This document shows positions 23,900-38,800 of a DNA stretch of 64,000 bases, one piece after another. A program made the translations under genes and the position numbers. Numbering within the stretch: the stretch's first letter is position 1; the number at the start of each line of letters is the position of its first letter. The DNA comes from Eledone cirrhosa. Its lineage: Eukaryota. The notes under the pieces were generated by a model. It had not been told where the DNA came from, searched no databases, and saw nothing but the letters and a program-made list of their open reading frames with translations. The stretch is taken from positions 365,180,001 to 365,244,000 of the forward strand of contig OZ024740.1 of the NCBI GenBank assembly GCA_964016885.1, given 5' to 3'.

Positions 23900-24830
23900 G
23901 TGTTGAAATACTAACCTAAATACGTTCTGATCTTGTCATTGGCTTTGTACTTTTATATATTGTTGTCATCATTGTCATTCCACATAACTCTGAAGTTGTT
24001 TTTGGTACAGCACCAGATTACTACATTGTTTCTTTTTCACCTTTGTTCTCATTTTCTACCAGAATCTTTGTCAGTGGTCATTTTGGCTTGAGGTGTATCA
24101 TACAGGAACAATCCACCTCCAATAACAGTAGCACATTGGTAGAATTCATTGATATCATGTAATGAGTATGATTGTCTCATAAATATAGCTTCTAATGCTT
24201 CTCATGATTAAACCTTTGTTGAACAGCTAATACTTTAAGCATGTTCATCTTCACTTTTTCTGAGATGCTAAAAATCTGCTATCAGTTCCTTAACTCTTTC
24301 GTTCCATATCTCTAATGAATGATACTGTCTATGATTTTTCAAATTATTTTGAAAATAATTCATAATTTGGAGGAATTTAATAATATAACTAATTTTCTAA
24401 TTATCAAGCTGGAGTTTAGAGTGTAACTGAAGAAAAATTCTGATACAATATTGACGATGAAAGCTTTTTAGATGAATATAAACATTTTAAAACAAACTGT
24501 TTTGTATTATAGAACTTCAAGGGAGGTGTCAGGCAATGTGGTATCAAAGTGTTTAAGGTAAACACCCCAACCACTGGAAAGAAGGAAGCAATCTTATCAT
24601 TCCATTCTTTAATGTATTTCAATTTATTCCATCTGCTTTAGAACTTCAGTTAGCCATTGTTCTAGTGTTTCAAACTATCTTGTCTCTACCTTACATTTCA
24701 GTAGAGAATTGAATTCCCATCTTCTTGAGAAATTGATATTAAGGATTCTATCTAGCTGTAAGACTTCTCTCTTCCATTGTTCCAAAATTCATGCCGATAT
24801 CTAAATTTGTTTAACCAACTAAAAGGGTCA
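23900..24830 (-). pseudogene. Highly degraded R4/Dong-like non-LTR fragment, interrupted by MITE A
   Basis: Minus-strand peptides ILEQWKREVLQLDR, KILVENEN and FRVMWN loosely match R4/Dong C-terminal motifs in the expected order. Confidence 0.35.
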
Positions 24831-26785
24831 AGTCTATACATCATAGAAGTCTTATAAGTCCATAATCAATATTATGTACAGTCTTGAGGTAAATGGTCAA
24901 GTGATTTGACCATTAAGACTTTCAGTCAAAATTGACTAGAGGCATTTCTTTGTATTTCTGTTCAATACATTTAATTCTACATTGCTTCAGTTCACTGTAC
25001 TGAGAGAATAGGTATCAGGCTTTTTGTAGTTACCTGTGATTGGCTTGTTTCCTGTCTACTCTTATTGTTACTATATTTTTAATGAAATACACTGCTTACG
25101 ATTTTCAAAGAATTTGGAAAATAAAAAATTTGGAGGGATTTAGTAGCATAACTAACTTTTTATTATTATTAATCTGGCTTTGGAACATATCATAACAAAG
25201 GTTCTTACATAAAATGTTTTTGGGGCTTTTTTTTTACAGATATAAACACTTTAAAACAAACAATTTTGTATCATAGAACCAGGAGAGGTTTCAGCTGGTT
25301 TAGTATCAAAAGGGCTAAGGCTCAATTTACCTTTCACCATTCACTTGCTGCTAAGTTCAGCATTTAACCCTGTAGGTCCTTTAGATCGGTGAAAGTTTTA
25401 ACTCTTCTGATACTAAACTGCCTAAAACTACCCCTAGTTTTACAAACAAAACTATTCATTTTAAATTGTTTATATTTATGCAAGAAATCTTATATTCCAA
25501 ACTCCAACTAAATAATGAGAAAAATTAGGGAGATTGAAAATCAGGTAATGTCATTAGAAATAATTGTTTCTACTTTTGGCACAAGGGCAGCAATTACCCA
25601 GTACACTACTGGTACTTTATTTTATCAACCCCGTAAGGATGAAAGGCAAAGTTAACCTCGACGGGATTTGAACTCAGACCATAATGGGACGTAACTATGC
25701 AGGAAAGCATGGTGTCTGACTCTCTACCGAAAAGAGTTAACATGATTCTCACATGGTGGAAATGTTATATTTACTTACCTCTATATTGTTAATAGTTACT
25801 TTTGTAGATCAATTCTAGTCACTTGATTGATATCTCACATTATATCTTTATATGATTTCCAACATAATACTTAGTTTTTTTGATTTTTCACTTCCTCAAA
25901 ATAAGCATTATTTTTTGTTTAATTCATTATCACTTTCATTTACTAATGCTATCTTGGCCTGTTAACTTTACATAACTTAACCTTTGTGAGCCAAAATGTC
26001 AAATCCTTTGCTAGTCATTACAAACTTTTGTTCAACGTTCTATAGCTCATTGCCTTCAATTCTGATACTGGGTATTATTTTTTTTTTCTTTCTGACAAAC
26101 TATCTATTGCACTCACCTTGTTTCTCAGATCTTCGTTTTTATATATAGATTTCCGAAGAAAGAAGAGATATAAAGGGTCTATTTGTGTGTGTGTGTTTGC
26201 TTGTTTATAGATATGAAATAAGCAGAAGAGAAAAGAGCCATAAGTGGTGTGTAATTAGAGGTTATGTGTAACAAGCAAGCTGCAGAAAGTTTTGTACAAT
26301 GTTTTTAGTGGAAATATGAGATGTCTACAGAAAGTGTTCAGAAGAAAAAAAAGAAAAAGAAAACAGGAAAATGTGTGTAATATGAAGACAAATAATTGTC
26401 ATTGGAGATATGTGCAACTCTGTGGAGTCTATACTGTTAGTGAAGGGATATATATATATACACGTATATATACAATAGAAATTTATCATTGCCCTAAAGC
26501 AAGATGATTGGTAAATCTGGAATGGTTCGATCTACACTCAATAATAAACAGGAAGAATTCCCTTTCTTTCTTTTTTTTTTTTTTTTGTGAGTGGTAACTG
26601 TTAGTTCAATTTTGAAAGGGCTTTGTACAGAATGCTTAGACAGAGAATTATAACAAATACCCAGATAGATACATATATCCATATGTTTGGGGCTTCAAAC
26701 ACGAGGAAAAAGTGCTCAATATCAACATAGAGAATATATATTATATTATTGTTGCTACTTCCTGTCCTCAATATTTCCCCTATTT

Positions 26786-26827
26786 TCTCACTATATCCCC
26801 CACTTTCTCACTATATCCCCCACTTTC
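26786..26827 (+). repeat. 20-bp tandem repeat
   Basis: TTTCTCACTATATCCCCCAC twice, with a diverged third copy upstream. Confidence 0.85.
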
Positions 26828-29800
26828 AATACATCGCAGTATTCCCCAGCAACACATAGACCAATTTATAGAAATGTTTGCTCACAGATTAACTGTTTAC
26901 TTCCTGTGTCACATGAAACCACATTAGTAAGATATTCTTAAACATACATAACACCTCTATTGTTGTATGACTAAAAAAATTCATCTTTAGTTTACAAGAT
27001 TTCTCAACAATCTGTCTACAAGTGAAGATACTATAAACGTTTGAATTAACAAACTTGTTTTGAGATGTTTTCTGCTAAATCATTGCAGGATGTTAAGAGT
27101 TAAGGTTCATAATTATTTTACTTTTTGGGGGTTTGTTTGTTTTGTTGTTGTTTTTCTCACACATAGAAAATTTATTTTGTTATCTGTTGCTTCTGCATAG
27201 TATTAAAGTTTCTATTCTTCACTTGCAGTAAATATTTTTTTTCATCTTTTCCAATTGTGTTTTCACTTCAGTCAACAGTGTATGATCACCTGATACATAT
27301 GATCTTTTTTAAACCATGAATGCCAAATTGATGCACAAATTTCTCCACTATAAGAAATAACTAGTTTATTTCTTGTTATTTAACTCCTTAACATATAACT
27401 GGGTTATATGAAGTCAATGTGTGAAGGTGTCTGTATGTTACACAGGTTTTGTTTGAAATAGCAATTTTTCACATAGATTTTACATCTTTCATCATTACAG
27501 CCCTATGGCATGGTTACTGTTTTCTTTCTTTCTTTTTTACACCCACTCATACACACATATACATGTGTGTGTACAGAGAGAGATACATATGAAGGATGTT
27601 CTACATAAACGTGAATTAATATGATAGTGTGCATTAATTCACTTTGTTTATATATATATATATGTAAATGTTAATTTATTAATTTATTACTTTTTTTATT
27701 CTCTTCCATTCTTCATTTCTTCATGGCATCAGATCCGACTAAATGTATGTTAGGATGAAGTTAAAATTATCAAACAACTTTTACATATACTGCTTATACA
27801 AGATATCATCATCATCATACATCCATCTTCCATATTGGCATGAGCTTGGCAGATTTCCATGGTTCAAGACCAGATGGGTTGGAGCAATCTCATCTTGTTC
27901 ATATGTTCCATATTTGGCATAGTTTCTATAGCTGGATGCCCTTCCTTATATCAACCACTATACAGGTTGTACTAAATCTACCTTCATATATATATATACA
28001 TACACACATATTTAGAAGGAAGGCTTACAAGACTTCACATAATGTTTTCTACCATTGGTTTCTGTAAAATGTCATAAGACAAACATAGCTCTAGCCCTGC
28101 TACTCACTTCTTACACTACTAAGACCCATATTTCTTTTTTCTAAGTGTACTGAATTAATTGAAGCCTTCTGTATCCATACATGACAAGCCAGCTTGCCGT
28201 TAGCATTCAGCACGTGGACAAGACTGCATCACAAATACTGGATTTCATAGCAGCTGCTGGTCATAATCCTTTTACAAAACATAAAATATATATTATTTAC
28301 ACATATGGGATGATGTACACACACTCATGCAAACACATTCCAGGAAAGGAAGCCAATCGCAACCACCATCTGCTCTATCAGAGAGGCAGGCCTTCACTCA
28401 CCAGCTGTCTCTTTAGAGCACTATTCCATCACCATTGTGCCATGTCTTTCTTCTTGCTCCCTTTACCACTGCTATACATATTCAATGAATGAATCAATGT
28501 CACATTGCCAGACCCTCTACTAAAAGTTAATACTTCTTTCATACAACTGAATTTCATAAAATTTTCTTTTCTTACCTATGTTTTCCCTCCAAATTCTAAC
28601 TAATTAACCCCCTTGAATGGTTTTTAGCTGTAGAAATATATTAAAATGTTTCTGTACCCACATGCAGATGGATGTGATGACTCTGCTATACAGTGTTGGT
28701 ATTTAGTCATTGTACTATTAATCTTTGCTATGAGGTGAAAACAGTATTTCTGGATACAGTGAAAGTTAGTTAATCTGTCTCTCGAATTTGGTGATCTTTA
28801 TTTTCATTTAGATTAACACCCACATGAATTTGACCTTTTTTTTTTTCTTCTTTTTTTATCCAAGTAGAAATACTGTTGATTTCTTCCAATATCTATATAT
28901 TTCTAACTTATGATGGGATTTCAGTATATATTGAAACAGTAATGACATTCCTGTAAGGCCCCTGGGTGTGTGTATGTGTCATTTCATATTCTTTAACATG
29001 CCTGTTATTTGTAGCTGCAACAAATAACTTATCTTTATAATCCAATATTACTAAGGTATCAAAATTACCACAGAGGCCACTGAACACAATATTGGAAACT
29101 TAGGAATAAAAGAGGCTAACCTCATCAATAGATTAAGACATCTCAGTAACAGCAGATGTGAATTACATAAACCCAATTGCTATTATAACTATCCTAGTCT
29201 ACATATGTCACCATCCACTCCTTCCTTGAAATATCATGAAAGTAAAAATGTAAACTGTTGTTTTATCTGTTTTATTCTCCTCTAGTTTTCACTCCTGTAT
29301 TTATAACTTGTAGGCACATATTTCACAGTATTTCATGTAGACTATACTGCTTTGTGCCAATCATATTAACACTTTTGATACCAGCCTACCTATAACCACT
29401 ATTCTACAATACTAAGCTGTATTTTAAAATGCTTATATTTATCTAAAGACCTTCCATCACAATTGTTCTGAACACCAAGTAATTATGTTACTACATCCTT
29501 CAAAATCCTTGATTATTTTCAGAACTATTTGAAAATAAGGAGTGGTTTTCATTAAAGATATGTTAATGAATGGATTAATTTTAATCTGTAGTATGTTTGT
29601 TTCTAAATAAACCAATTAAAACTCCATTAGCAATAAGGATAATGGCACAGGGCTGTAAATTAATATGCTAAACAACTTACATTCAACAACTAACCATATA
29701 TATGCTACAATGTCTACCTCACATTTTACTTCCTAGACCACACACCTCATTAAGAAGATATCTTATTTTTCAGAGACCTACATAAGATATAGGTGGGTAA

Positions 29801-32800
29801 AGAAATAGTGTGATATATATCGTAAGGTAATTTGCTATAGCTTACAGCAAATTCATCTCATGACAAACTGAAAAGAATTACATTCTCAATGCATTCTTTC
29901 AACTTCTTATCATGAGTTATTAGCTGTTTAGATAAAAAAAAAAAATAGAATAAAACAAATTATAATCAATTCTGGATATTGCGCTAGCTTCTAAAAAGAG
30001 AAGGGAAGTTCTTTGGTTTGTTCTGTAATAATATTGAATGAGATGGATGGTAGTTGTTGCAATCTGAAGCTGTCAGCATCCTCAATGTTTCTTTTGAGGG
30101 TGTGTATGAGCATGGTAAAATAGACTTAAACGGTGATGAGGATGAGGATGATGATGATACACTCATGCATGCATGTGTGTGTGTGTGTGTCTGTGTCCAA
30201 CATTTGCTAGCAGGGAAAACGGATGTTAAGTGATGATAATGATGATGATATAAATGTATTGTGTGGGTGGGTATTTATTCATTAACAGGTTTCACCCTTC
30301 TGGCTGTGGCTGTGTTTATTGGTGAATGTTTACTGTTGTGTTTACTGAAGTGTTACAGAGTGAAACAATGCACCAGCAATACACTAGTGGGGATTAAAAC
30401 AAACTTAGATATTATCACATCAGCTGATAATATTGCTAGTTTAGTATTTCACAAGTATTTCACAATCTAAGATTGTGCATATTGACAAACTCAAGTTGGG
30501 TGAGTGAAGGCTCTGTATTGCTTTCTAGTTCAAGATGATTGGTTGACTCTTCAAAGACTGAAGAATGTAGATGATTTATTGACTAAACCTTGAGGGGCAG
30601 AGTGGCGGAGTTGGCACAGGTGGTGGAAAATCTTAGCAGATACTTTTCAAATATCTAGTTTAGTGCCTCACATTTGTGAATGCATCTTTTCCTTTCACCT
30701 AAATCTATACTATCATCATCATCATTTTATATTCACTTATGTTGGTATCAGTCGGTTAGATCATCACAGTTTGATGTTACGTGGGCCAGAGAACATACAC
30801 ATATATATATATATATGTTTGTGTGTGTGTGTATATATATACACGTGTACATTATCGTTGTCATCAGTTTTACTTCTGTTTCTTCGTGCTGGCAGAGATT
30901 GGATAAGGCATTTTGACGCAAAATTCAATGGCTGGATACCATTTCTGACTGACAACAGCCCTCAGTTATTTAACTACATAGCCACTGAGCAGCATGATGT
31001 GGTTATCCAACCTATCTTGTCTTGGACCATCATAGTTACCCATATAAACCATACCAGCATGAAAAATATGTAAAATGGTGGTGATAAGTCATAGCAATTG
31101 TACTTTTTGCCTATGGAGAGAGGTCAATATTGATTTCCCATATATTGGCACAAGGTACACAATGGAAGATGGAAAATGAGATTGTGAGGTGTTCATGCAT
31201 TTCTCAAAGTATTAGCAGCAAAGTGAAATGACTAAAGGCAGCAGCTGAAAATGACTTTCAGACTTAATGGCACAAGCCTGAGAAAGAATTTGATATCATC
31301 TAAACTACTTTGCTTTGTGGTTTGTGCATTTTTGGTTGACGTGGGTTTGATGGTTCTGTAGCACAGCATATAGTCTGTTAATCCCTTTAATCTTATGCCA
31401 TTTTCTATGTAAGGCCCAGCACCATGCCTCTCAGAAATTACCACTCCATTTCATAGCTCCATTCATCATCTGCTACAGTTACCTATGTTTTATGAACCAT
31501 CAGGGAGCATCTACATAATTGCTTGCCTTGCTAGAAATATTACACCTTATTACATTAAAAATGAAAGGACGCATTGGACAATGGACAAAAAGACAGTATG
31601 ATCATGGTTAGAATGCTTTTGATCATAAGACTTCTATCAGGGCTAATCTGGAGCTAAACAACAACTTGAATCTCTCTCTCACATACACACAGCCAACTTA
31701 AAATGTCCAGAAATTTGTCAAATTTCCATTAGACAATGTAACTATTTCTAGTGAAATACTCTATATATAAATTAAGAATTTGAAGAGATTTACTAAAATT
31801 AAGGTTTCATCATTAAGATGAATTTTGTAACATAACAAAAGGCTCTTATGTCAAATTATGTAGGAAGATTTTAATTTAACCCTTTCATGGCCGTATTTCA
31901 AGAGAAATACACCGTACTTCAATTAATTAATGACAAATTTGGAAGGATAAGAAAAGGTTCTTACATCAAATTAGGTTGGAAAATTCAAATACAAATAAGA
32001 ACCTTTTAAAATGGGTGGTTTTCTTTCATAGAAACAAAGGCAGTTTGGGTTAAAAAAGGTTAAATAGGAACCTTTTGGAAATGGATGGTTTTGACTCATG
32101 GAACCAAAGGTAGTTTGTGTGTGTGTGTGTACATAAATATATATGCATGTGTGTATAATTTATATGTATAGAATTTTAAAATATATATATAAAGGTCATT
32201 ATTGGGTTATATATATGTTTATTTTGGGGGTTATTTTGTTTCACTCATCAATAACCAAAGTTGTGGAAACTAGTTATACAAATAAATGTTTTTTAATTCC
32301 AATAAGTGATCAATAATTAAAGCACTTACTTGTTTTATTGTCATTGTGAACAATTGTTGCATTGTGGTGGAGATATATCCTCTTCATACACTGTATGGCC
32401 TTCTTCCTCTCACACAGTGAGGGGTAGGTATGATGTTTTTCATTCCTGTGAAAACATTGCATTTTAAAACATCCAATAACACTGGCCAACAAAGATTTAA
32501 TCCCCACCTTGTAAGGTGGATTGACTCTTTCATCACATCTTACTATCCTCTAAGCCTTAAAGGTGATAATAAGTAGGTATTGTTGTTTTTCTTCCCGAAA
32601 TTCATTTAATATAAATGGTACTACATCTATATTTCTTACATTCTGTACTTAGCACAAACAAAATGAACTTCTATTTATCCTTCAACACAGATGAAATTAG
32701 TTTTTTCTCAATGTCTTATCGATTCTGATTTCAAAAGAAAGGCAGCCATGCACACCAATCTTAGTTGTTCAGTGCAGATATTGTCAGCCAGTCATGCTGC

Positions 32801-35800
32801 CAATGGTGAACACCATATATGCAAGAACCATACATTAGCTCAAGATCTGACTTGATCATGCCAATTTATATTTATAACACTATTAACCCTTTTGTTATCA
32901 TATTTCTCATCAAATACATTGCATATGGTGTTCAAATTATTTTTAAACTATCCAAAAATTTTAAGGGATTTAGTAATATAACTTTCTCACTATTAAACTG
33001 GTATCTGGAACATAACTTAACAAAGGTTCTTACATAGAATTATATTTTTTGATATATGCACACTTTAAAATATAGTTCTTTAATCATTGAATCGCTGGTT
33101 GCTTCAGGCAGTTTGGTATCAAAATGATTAATATCTTGATGGAATAATTTTCATTATATACTGCATTCAAAAAAATTCCTTCGTTAATTTAGTTGTACTA
33201 ACGTATGAGGAGATTTTTTTTTATTTTTTTTTTTATATAGAAAGGTTTGAAATCTTCTTGAAATGATTTTAAAGTTAGTGAGTTTTAGGAAATATATATT
33301 TGTGTGTGTGTGTATGTATATGTATTTGGTTAGACCTGTGTTGTTTCCAACAGCAAGTACTCTCGTTGATTCAGTCAATAGAACTTCCTGTTTATGAAAT
33401 TGACATGTGAGCATTTCACAGATGTATGCACCCTTAACATAGTTCTTGGAGATTAAGTGAATTAACAATTCATTTTTGCCAGCTGAGTGGGCTGGAGCAA
33501 TGCGAAATAAAGTCCCTTGCTCAAGGACACTTTGCACCACCCAGTTCAGGAATTAAATTCATGACCTTACAATTATGAGCTTAACACCTAACCACTAAGC
33601 CATGCCATGTTTAAATATATAGAAATGTGTATTTTCATACACATTTCTTGCAGTGTCAGTTAAAACCTGTACTTTTTCTGTACAGATAGGAATTCATAGA
33701 ATATTTCAGCTGCTTAGTGCACAGTTTAATATATAATTGAATTAACAATGACTGTAAGCACCAAAATTATGCAAATTAGCTGGCCCAGTTCTCTGTTTCA
33801 ATCATATATAAGGTGTTTATGTATTTCTCCACGAATCATGAAAGATGTACATAGCTTTTGATGATCTCAGTAAAAACTGATACTCTGCTCAAGCTGTTCA
33901 ACATTTCAATCTATGGAGAAATAAAACATATTTAAGCATTTAAATATATAAAAGTGTATGTTTACATACAATTTGCTTGCAGCCTTGGTTAAAACCTATA
34001 CCGTTTGTATACAGATAGGTATTTATGGAATATTTCAGCTGCTTAGAGCACAATTTATTAAATGCTAGCACACACACACACCACACACACACATTCATGG
34101 TTGTTCATCATTTAGCCATTTTGATAGAAAACTCTATTTTAATGTGTTTATATTCATCTAAAAATCATCCATTATAATTTTATACGAGAACCTTTGTTAA
34201 ATTATGCTCCAAACACCATCTTAACTTTTTAGCATTTCTATTACTCTATATTTACTATTGTATTTTCGCAGTAAAGGCTTTATCTTACATAATATTGAAT
34301 CTATGAGATTTTGATATTATTTATTTTGAGAACCTCACCGTAATGTCGGTATGAGGGGCCGTTTGGGGCCAGTTTGAACAGAAATAGGTGAGAGAAATCT
34401 GGCCGGTCACAGCCGGTTTAAATGCTAAAGGGCTAATAATGAAAAAAGTTGTATTACTAAATCCCTCCAAATGATTGATTATTTTCAAAAACGATTTGAA
34501 AATCATAGTCAGTGTGTTTCTTTAGATATATGGCAAGGAAAGGGTTAAGTTGCCCCAACAGCAAGCATAGAAAGAACAGAAGCATTGTCCCAATTCTGTG
34601 GGTTAATAAGGTAAAAGCCAAGTTGAAGGCTTGGGAGGAGGTTAAGTAAGTTACACATAAGAATTGCTCATGTGAAAATCGAATGTTACAGTGTTGACAT
34701 AGCAGTAGTAGTAGCAGGAACCACTTAAAGTGAAAAACTAATGAAAGCCAACATAGAGGATAATACTAAAGGTTATTGGCTGTTTTGTATCACATGTACA
34801 CTCATAAATCTCATTTGCTGTCTGTGAAAAGCTGTCAATCTGACAGTCTTAACTAGTATCTCTCTCTCTCTCTCTCTCTCCATACACACATATATATATA
34901 TAGGCATCTATCTATCTAAAATCTGAACTATTCAGTATAATATGAAGAAAAACAAACTACTTCCTAGTTGGAGTTAGTCTTTACTGTATACAATTATTTC
35001 TCCCATTGGCTATCATATAGTATTCCCCTTCCCACCCAGTTACTCCACATACCAAACAACCTACACTGGCTTTTCTTTAGTATATATAAAATGCTCAGCT
35101 GTCATATAAGATTGTAACAAAAGCTAGTGTGTGTATGTGTTGATTCAGAAGCTAATCTGGTCATACTCCATCTCTCAATGATTCTTGTTTCATGTTGAGG
35201 AAATTCTAAACTATTTCTCACATAGTACACTACTATATAGAAGCAGGCATGGCTGTGTGGTTAAGGAGTTTATTTTGCAACCATGCAGTTTTGGGTTCAG
35301 TCCAGCTGCTCAGCAATTAGGGGAAGTGCCATCTCCTATCACCTTGAATTAACCAATGCTTTGTGTGTGTTTCTGTTCTTATATCTTGTAACTAGCCATT
35401 GGACAATAAAGAGATTGATAAAATAAGTACCAGCTTTGAAAAAGGTACCGGGGAGAGTGATATTATTAACTAAATTAAGATGGTGCCCAAGCATGACCAC
35501 AATTATTACTGGAATGTACAAAACTGCTGATTAAATCTCCACTGTACTTCAAAAATCTACAATTAGATTTCACTGCAAAATGGAGTAGCTTCACTCAATA
35601 CCAACTTTAACTCTTAACATACTGTACCACATGAAACCACATTTGCAAGGCATTCTTGAGAAGTGGAAAACAGCATTCTGACTGCATCACATTAAACATT
35701 GTCTTTATGTTAGTTCATTGCAAATGTTCACAGCAATTTGAGTTAACAAGCCCATTTTTAGATATTTTCTTTGCCTTTCAAGGTTAGTAAACAAAAAGTT

Positions 35801-38800
35801 CTAGTTCAGTAATAGGGTTGATTATTCCTCTATTTTTCTCATTCCTCTTTCCTCTTTTTTGGAAGAAATTGTTGAAGTTCAGACTTGGAGAGAGGATGGG
35901 CTCGGTCAGGTTTAAAATGGCCAAGGCACACCATATGCCACTAAAGAACCCCTATGACTATACCAGGAATTATTGGTCCATACATACTGCTTAATAATAC
36001 AGGAGGTTCAGTTCAAAATAAACTCTAATTTAGCTTTTTCATTCAGTATCAACTTTGTATAAAAATAAACTCCCTGTAACCTTTATTATTAGGGACCTTG
36101 CCATTCAGAGTTCAAATCCCGCCGAGGTTAACTTTGCCTTTCATCCTTACGGGGTCGATAAAATAAAGTACCAGTAATGTACTGGGTAATTGCTGGCCTT
36201 GTGCCAAAACTAGAAACAATTATTAGTGCGGTAAAAAAAAATGTTTGATCTGTTTCTTGAATACCTACAGTATATTTATTAGCTCATCTGTGTTGCATAA
36301 CCTCCTACAAACTCATCTATCAACTTGCTGAGCTTTGTTTTCATTGTTGTGCTGGTTGTAGTAGTCATAGTCCATGATGGTATTGTGTTTGTTTTAGTAA
36401 CTACACTGACCTCTTCGTGTCGCTTTTTTTACTCTATCTTTTACTCTACTGGATTCTTACCACTCCAAATATTTGTCTTTACTATCTGAGGTCCACTCCT
36501 GCTGTAAAAATAATAGCAACTTTAGTTATGAAGTTACCTCAAACAGTAATAGCTTTCCTTGTTGTTTACTGTTAAAAATTTGAAGACAAATGAAAAACAT
36601 ATGATGTTGTCTAGTGGTGTATGCTAGCGGCTGCTGCTTTTTATTTGCGTAGAAGTAGATGAAGGTTTTAAAATATTCTTGGCAACACTTTCACTGAGCA
36701 GTCAAATAAACAACTCTTGAGATACCCTTAAACTTGAAATGTTTTGTTTTAGCAAAATTATAAATAAAATTTTAAAATATATTGTATAGATATGGATGAT
36801 TATTTTGAATACTCTGCTCCCTCATTTGTTGCTTTTGTTGCAAGATATGAGAGAACAGAGCATAAAGGGAGGGGTAAAAAAGTGTGGGATTTACATTGAA
36901 ATCAAATGAAAAGTGATGGTATATATTGTATACAAAATACGGTAATGTCTCGAGAGGCGGAATGATGCCTAAGGCCAATCAAGGAACCTTAGAAATCCAG
37001 TTTTATTGTGGTGGCCAATAATTAGTGCCCTCTCTCATTTGTATCTCCTTACTTAGAAGTGCATGTTGAGATTAGCACCAAACTTGTCATTATTGCCTAC
37101 TTTTTGGCAAATTTACTGGAAGGCAGCACCTCCTTCTCTACCTACACTTTCCTCTTTGAACGGAACTGGAAAATGTTGCTTTGACCAAGGAAATAAGTGT
37201 CTATCCTCAATCCTTTCAGCCTTGTCTCTATTACAACCTTTTTTGCCATAGGCACCAGTCAGAGGAAAACTGTCTGCCTTTCTCAGGTAAAAGATGATGG
37301 TGAGATTGTCTCTATGATGGACTTGACTAAGAACTAGATTCCTTCTATATGTATGTAACAAACAACAGCTGTTTGACAAAATTCCACAAGGCAGCCATGC
37401 TCAGGTACTGAATCAGTGTGTACACAGTGGTTTCAGTGATCTGCATGTGTCTCAATCAGGATTAACTAATGGTGGCCATAGAGTGAACACAACATGACCA
37501 AATAGTTAAAAGGTTAGCTTGGCAATCATTAGGCCACAGGTTTGATCCCACTGGGTGACATCTTGGACAAGTGTCATTTACCATGATTTGCGAGTGAAAT
37601 TGGATAGACGGAAACTATTTGGAAGCCAATGGAGTAGGTTGTTTTGATGATTGAATAACTGGAACACTCATTGTTGAAACTGGCAGTTAACTGCAAGTTA
37701 AAGGTCTTCTGGAACACACTTGCCAGTTGTCCTCCTGAGAAAACTTACATGGAAGTTCCACCAGCTGTGTTGCTTAACTGGTAGAGGGTTGTGAATGTCT
37801 ACAACATTCCAGATGCTCAGTCATGGTTTTCACAGAACCCATGACTACAGCTCAGTCAAAGACGAGCTGTAGATGATGATGATAAAAGGAAACAGTCTGA
37901 TCTGCATTGCTACTGTGTGATATGCTGATTGCAGTGAATAGAAGTGATATTAAACTGTTTACAGTTTGCACTTAGAAATAATAATGATATCTACACTTGT
38001 CTATTTTCATTATTTATTCAGTAAATAAATAGAGAAATTTTGTTTTTTCATAATGTGCTGTTGTTGAAAGGTTATTATTGTTTGATTTGGTTTTTGGCAT
38101 CTTTTTGTACATTAACACCAGAAATTATAAAATGAAATTAAAGAATTCTAATCTAAGCGTATTTAATATATTGTTGATGATTACAAACCAAACAGAAACC
38201 AAATATTTTTTATTCCATCTTATCCAACAAGTGTGTTCTATTTTATAACTAATCATGTGATGATTCAGTTACCATGGTTACTACTTCATTAACAGATTCA
38301 CCTTCCACCCCACCTCCCAACACGCACACAGGAACTCACACAGACAAAACCTTAGTTAACATTCTTATATGAAATGATATTACAGAGGTGTTTAGTTTAT
38401 TTATTACATTTCTGTAGAATCAGTGTTTGAAACTAACACAAGCTTTATATTGATATTTTATATTTTAATAGTGTGTGTCCTAATGTGTGTACTATAATAA
38501 TAGTTGAGTAAATCAGGTAAAGTACTCTTGGAGACAGAAAAACGATGACAGAGGTGCCTCTCATACTATATATATCTTTCTAGCTAAGACATGTCTTAAT
38601 GTACAGTTTATCTCATCATGTAAGGTTTTTGCTAGTGGTATACCAATATTGTAGAATGTCATAAACGTTTTAATTTTCTATCATATATTTAATATAAAAA
38701 CCACTCTTCAGCATTTAAACCAACCGTATCTGGCCACAATTCTCTCACTTCTTTCTGTTCAAACCGGCTGTAACCAGCTGCTCATACTGATGTTAAGGTG

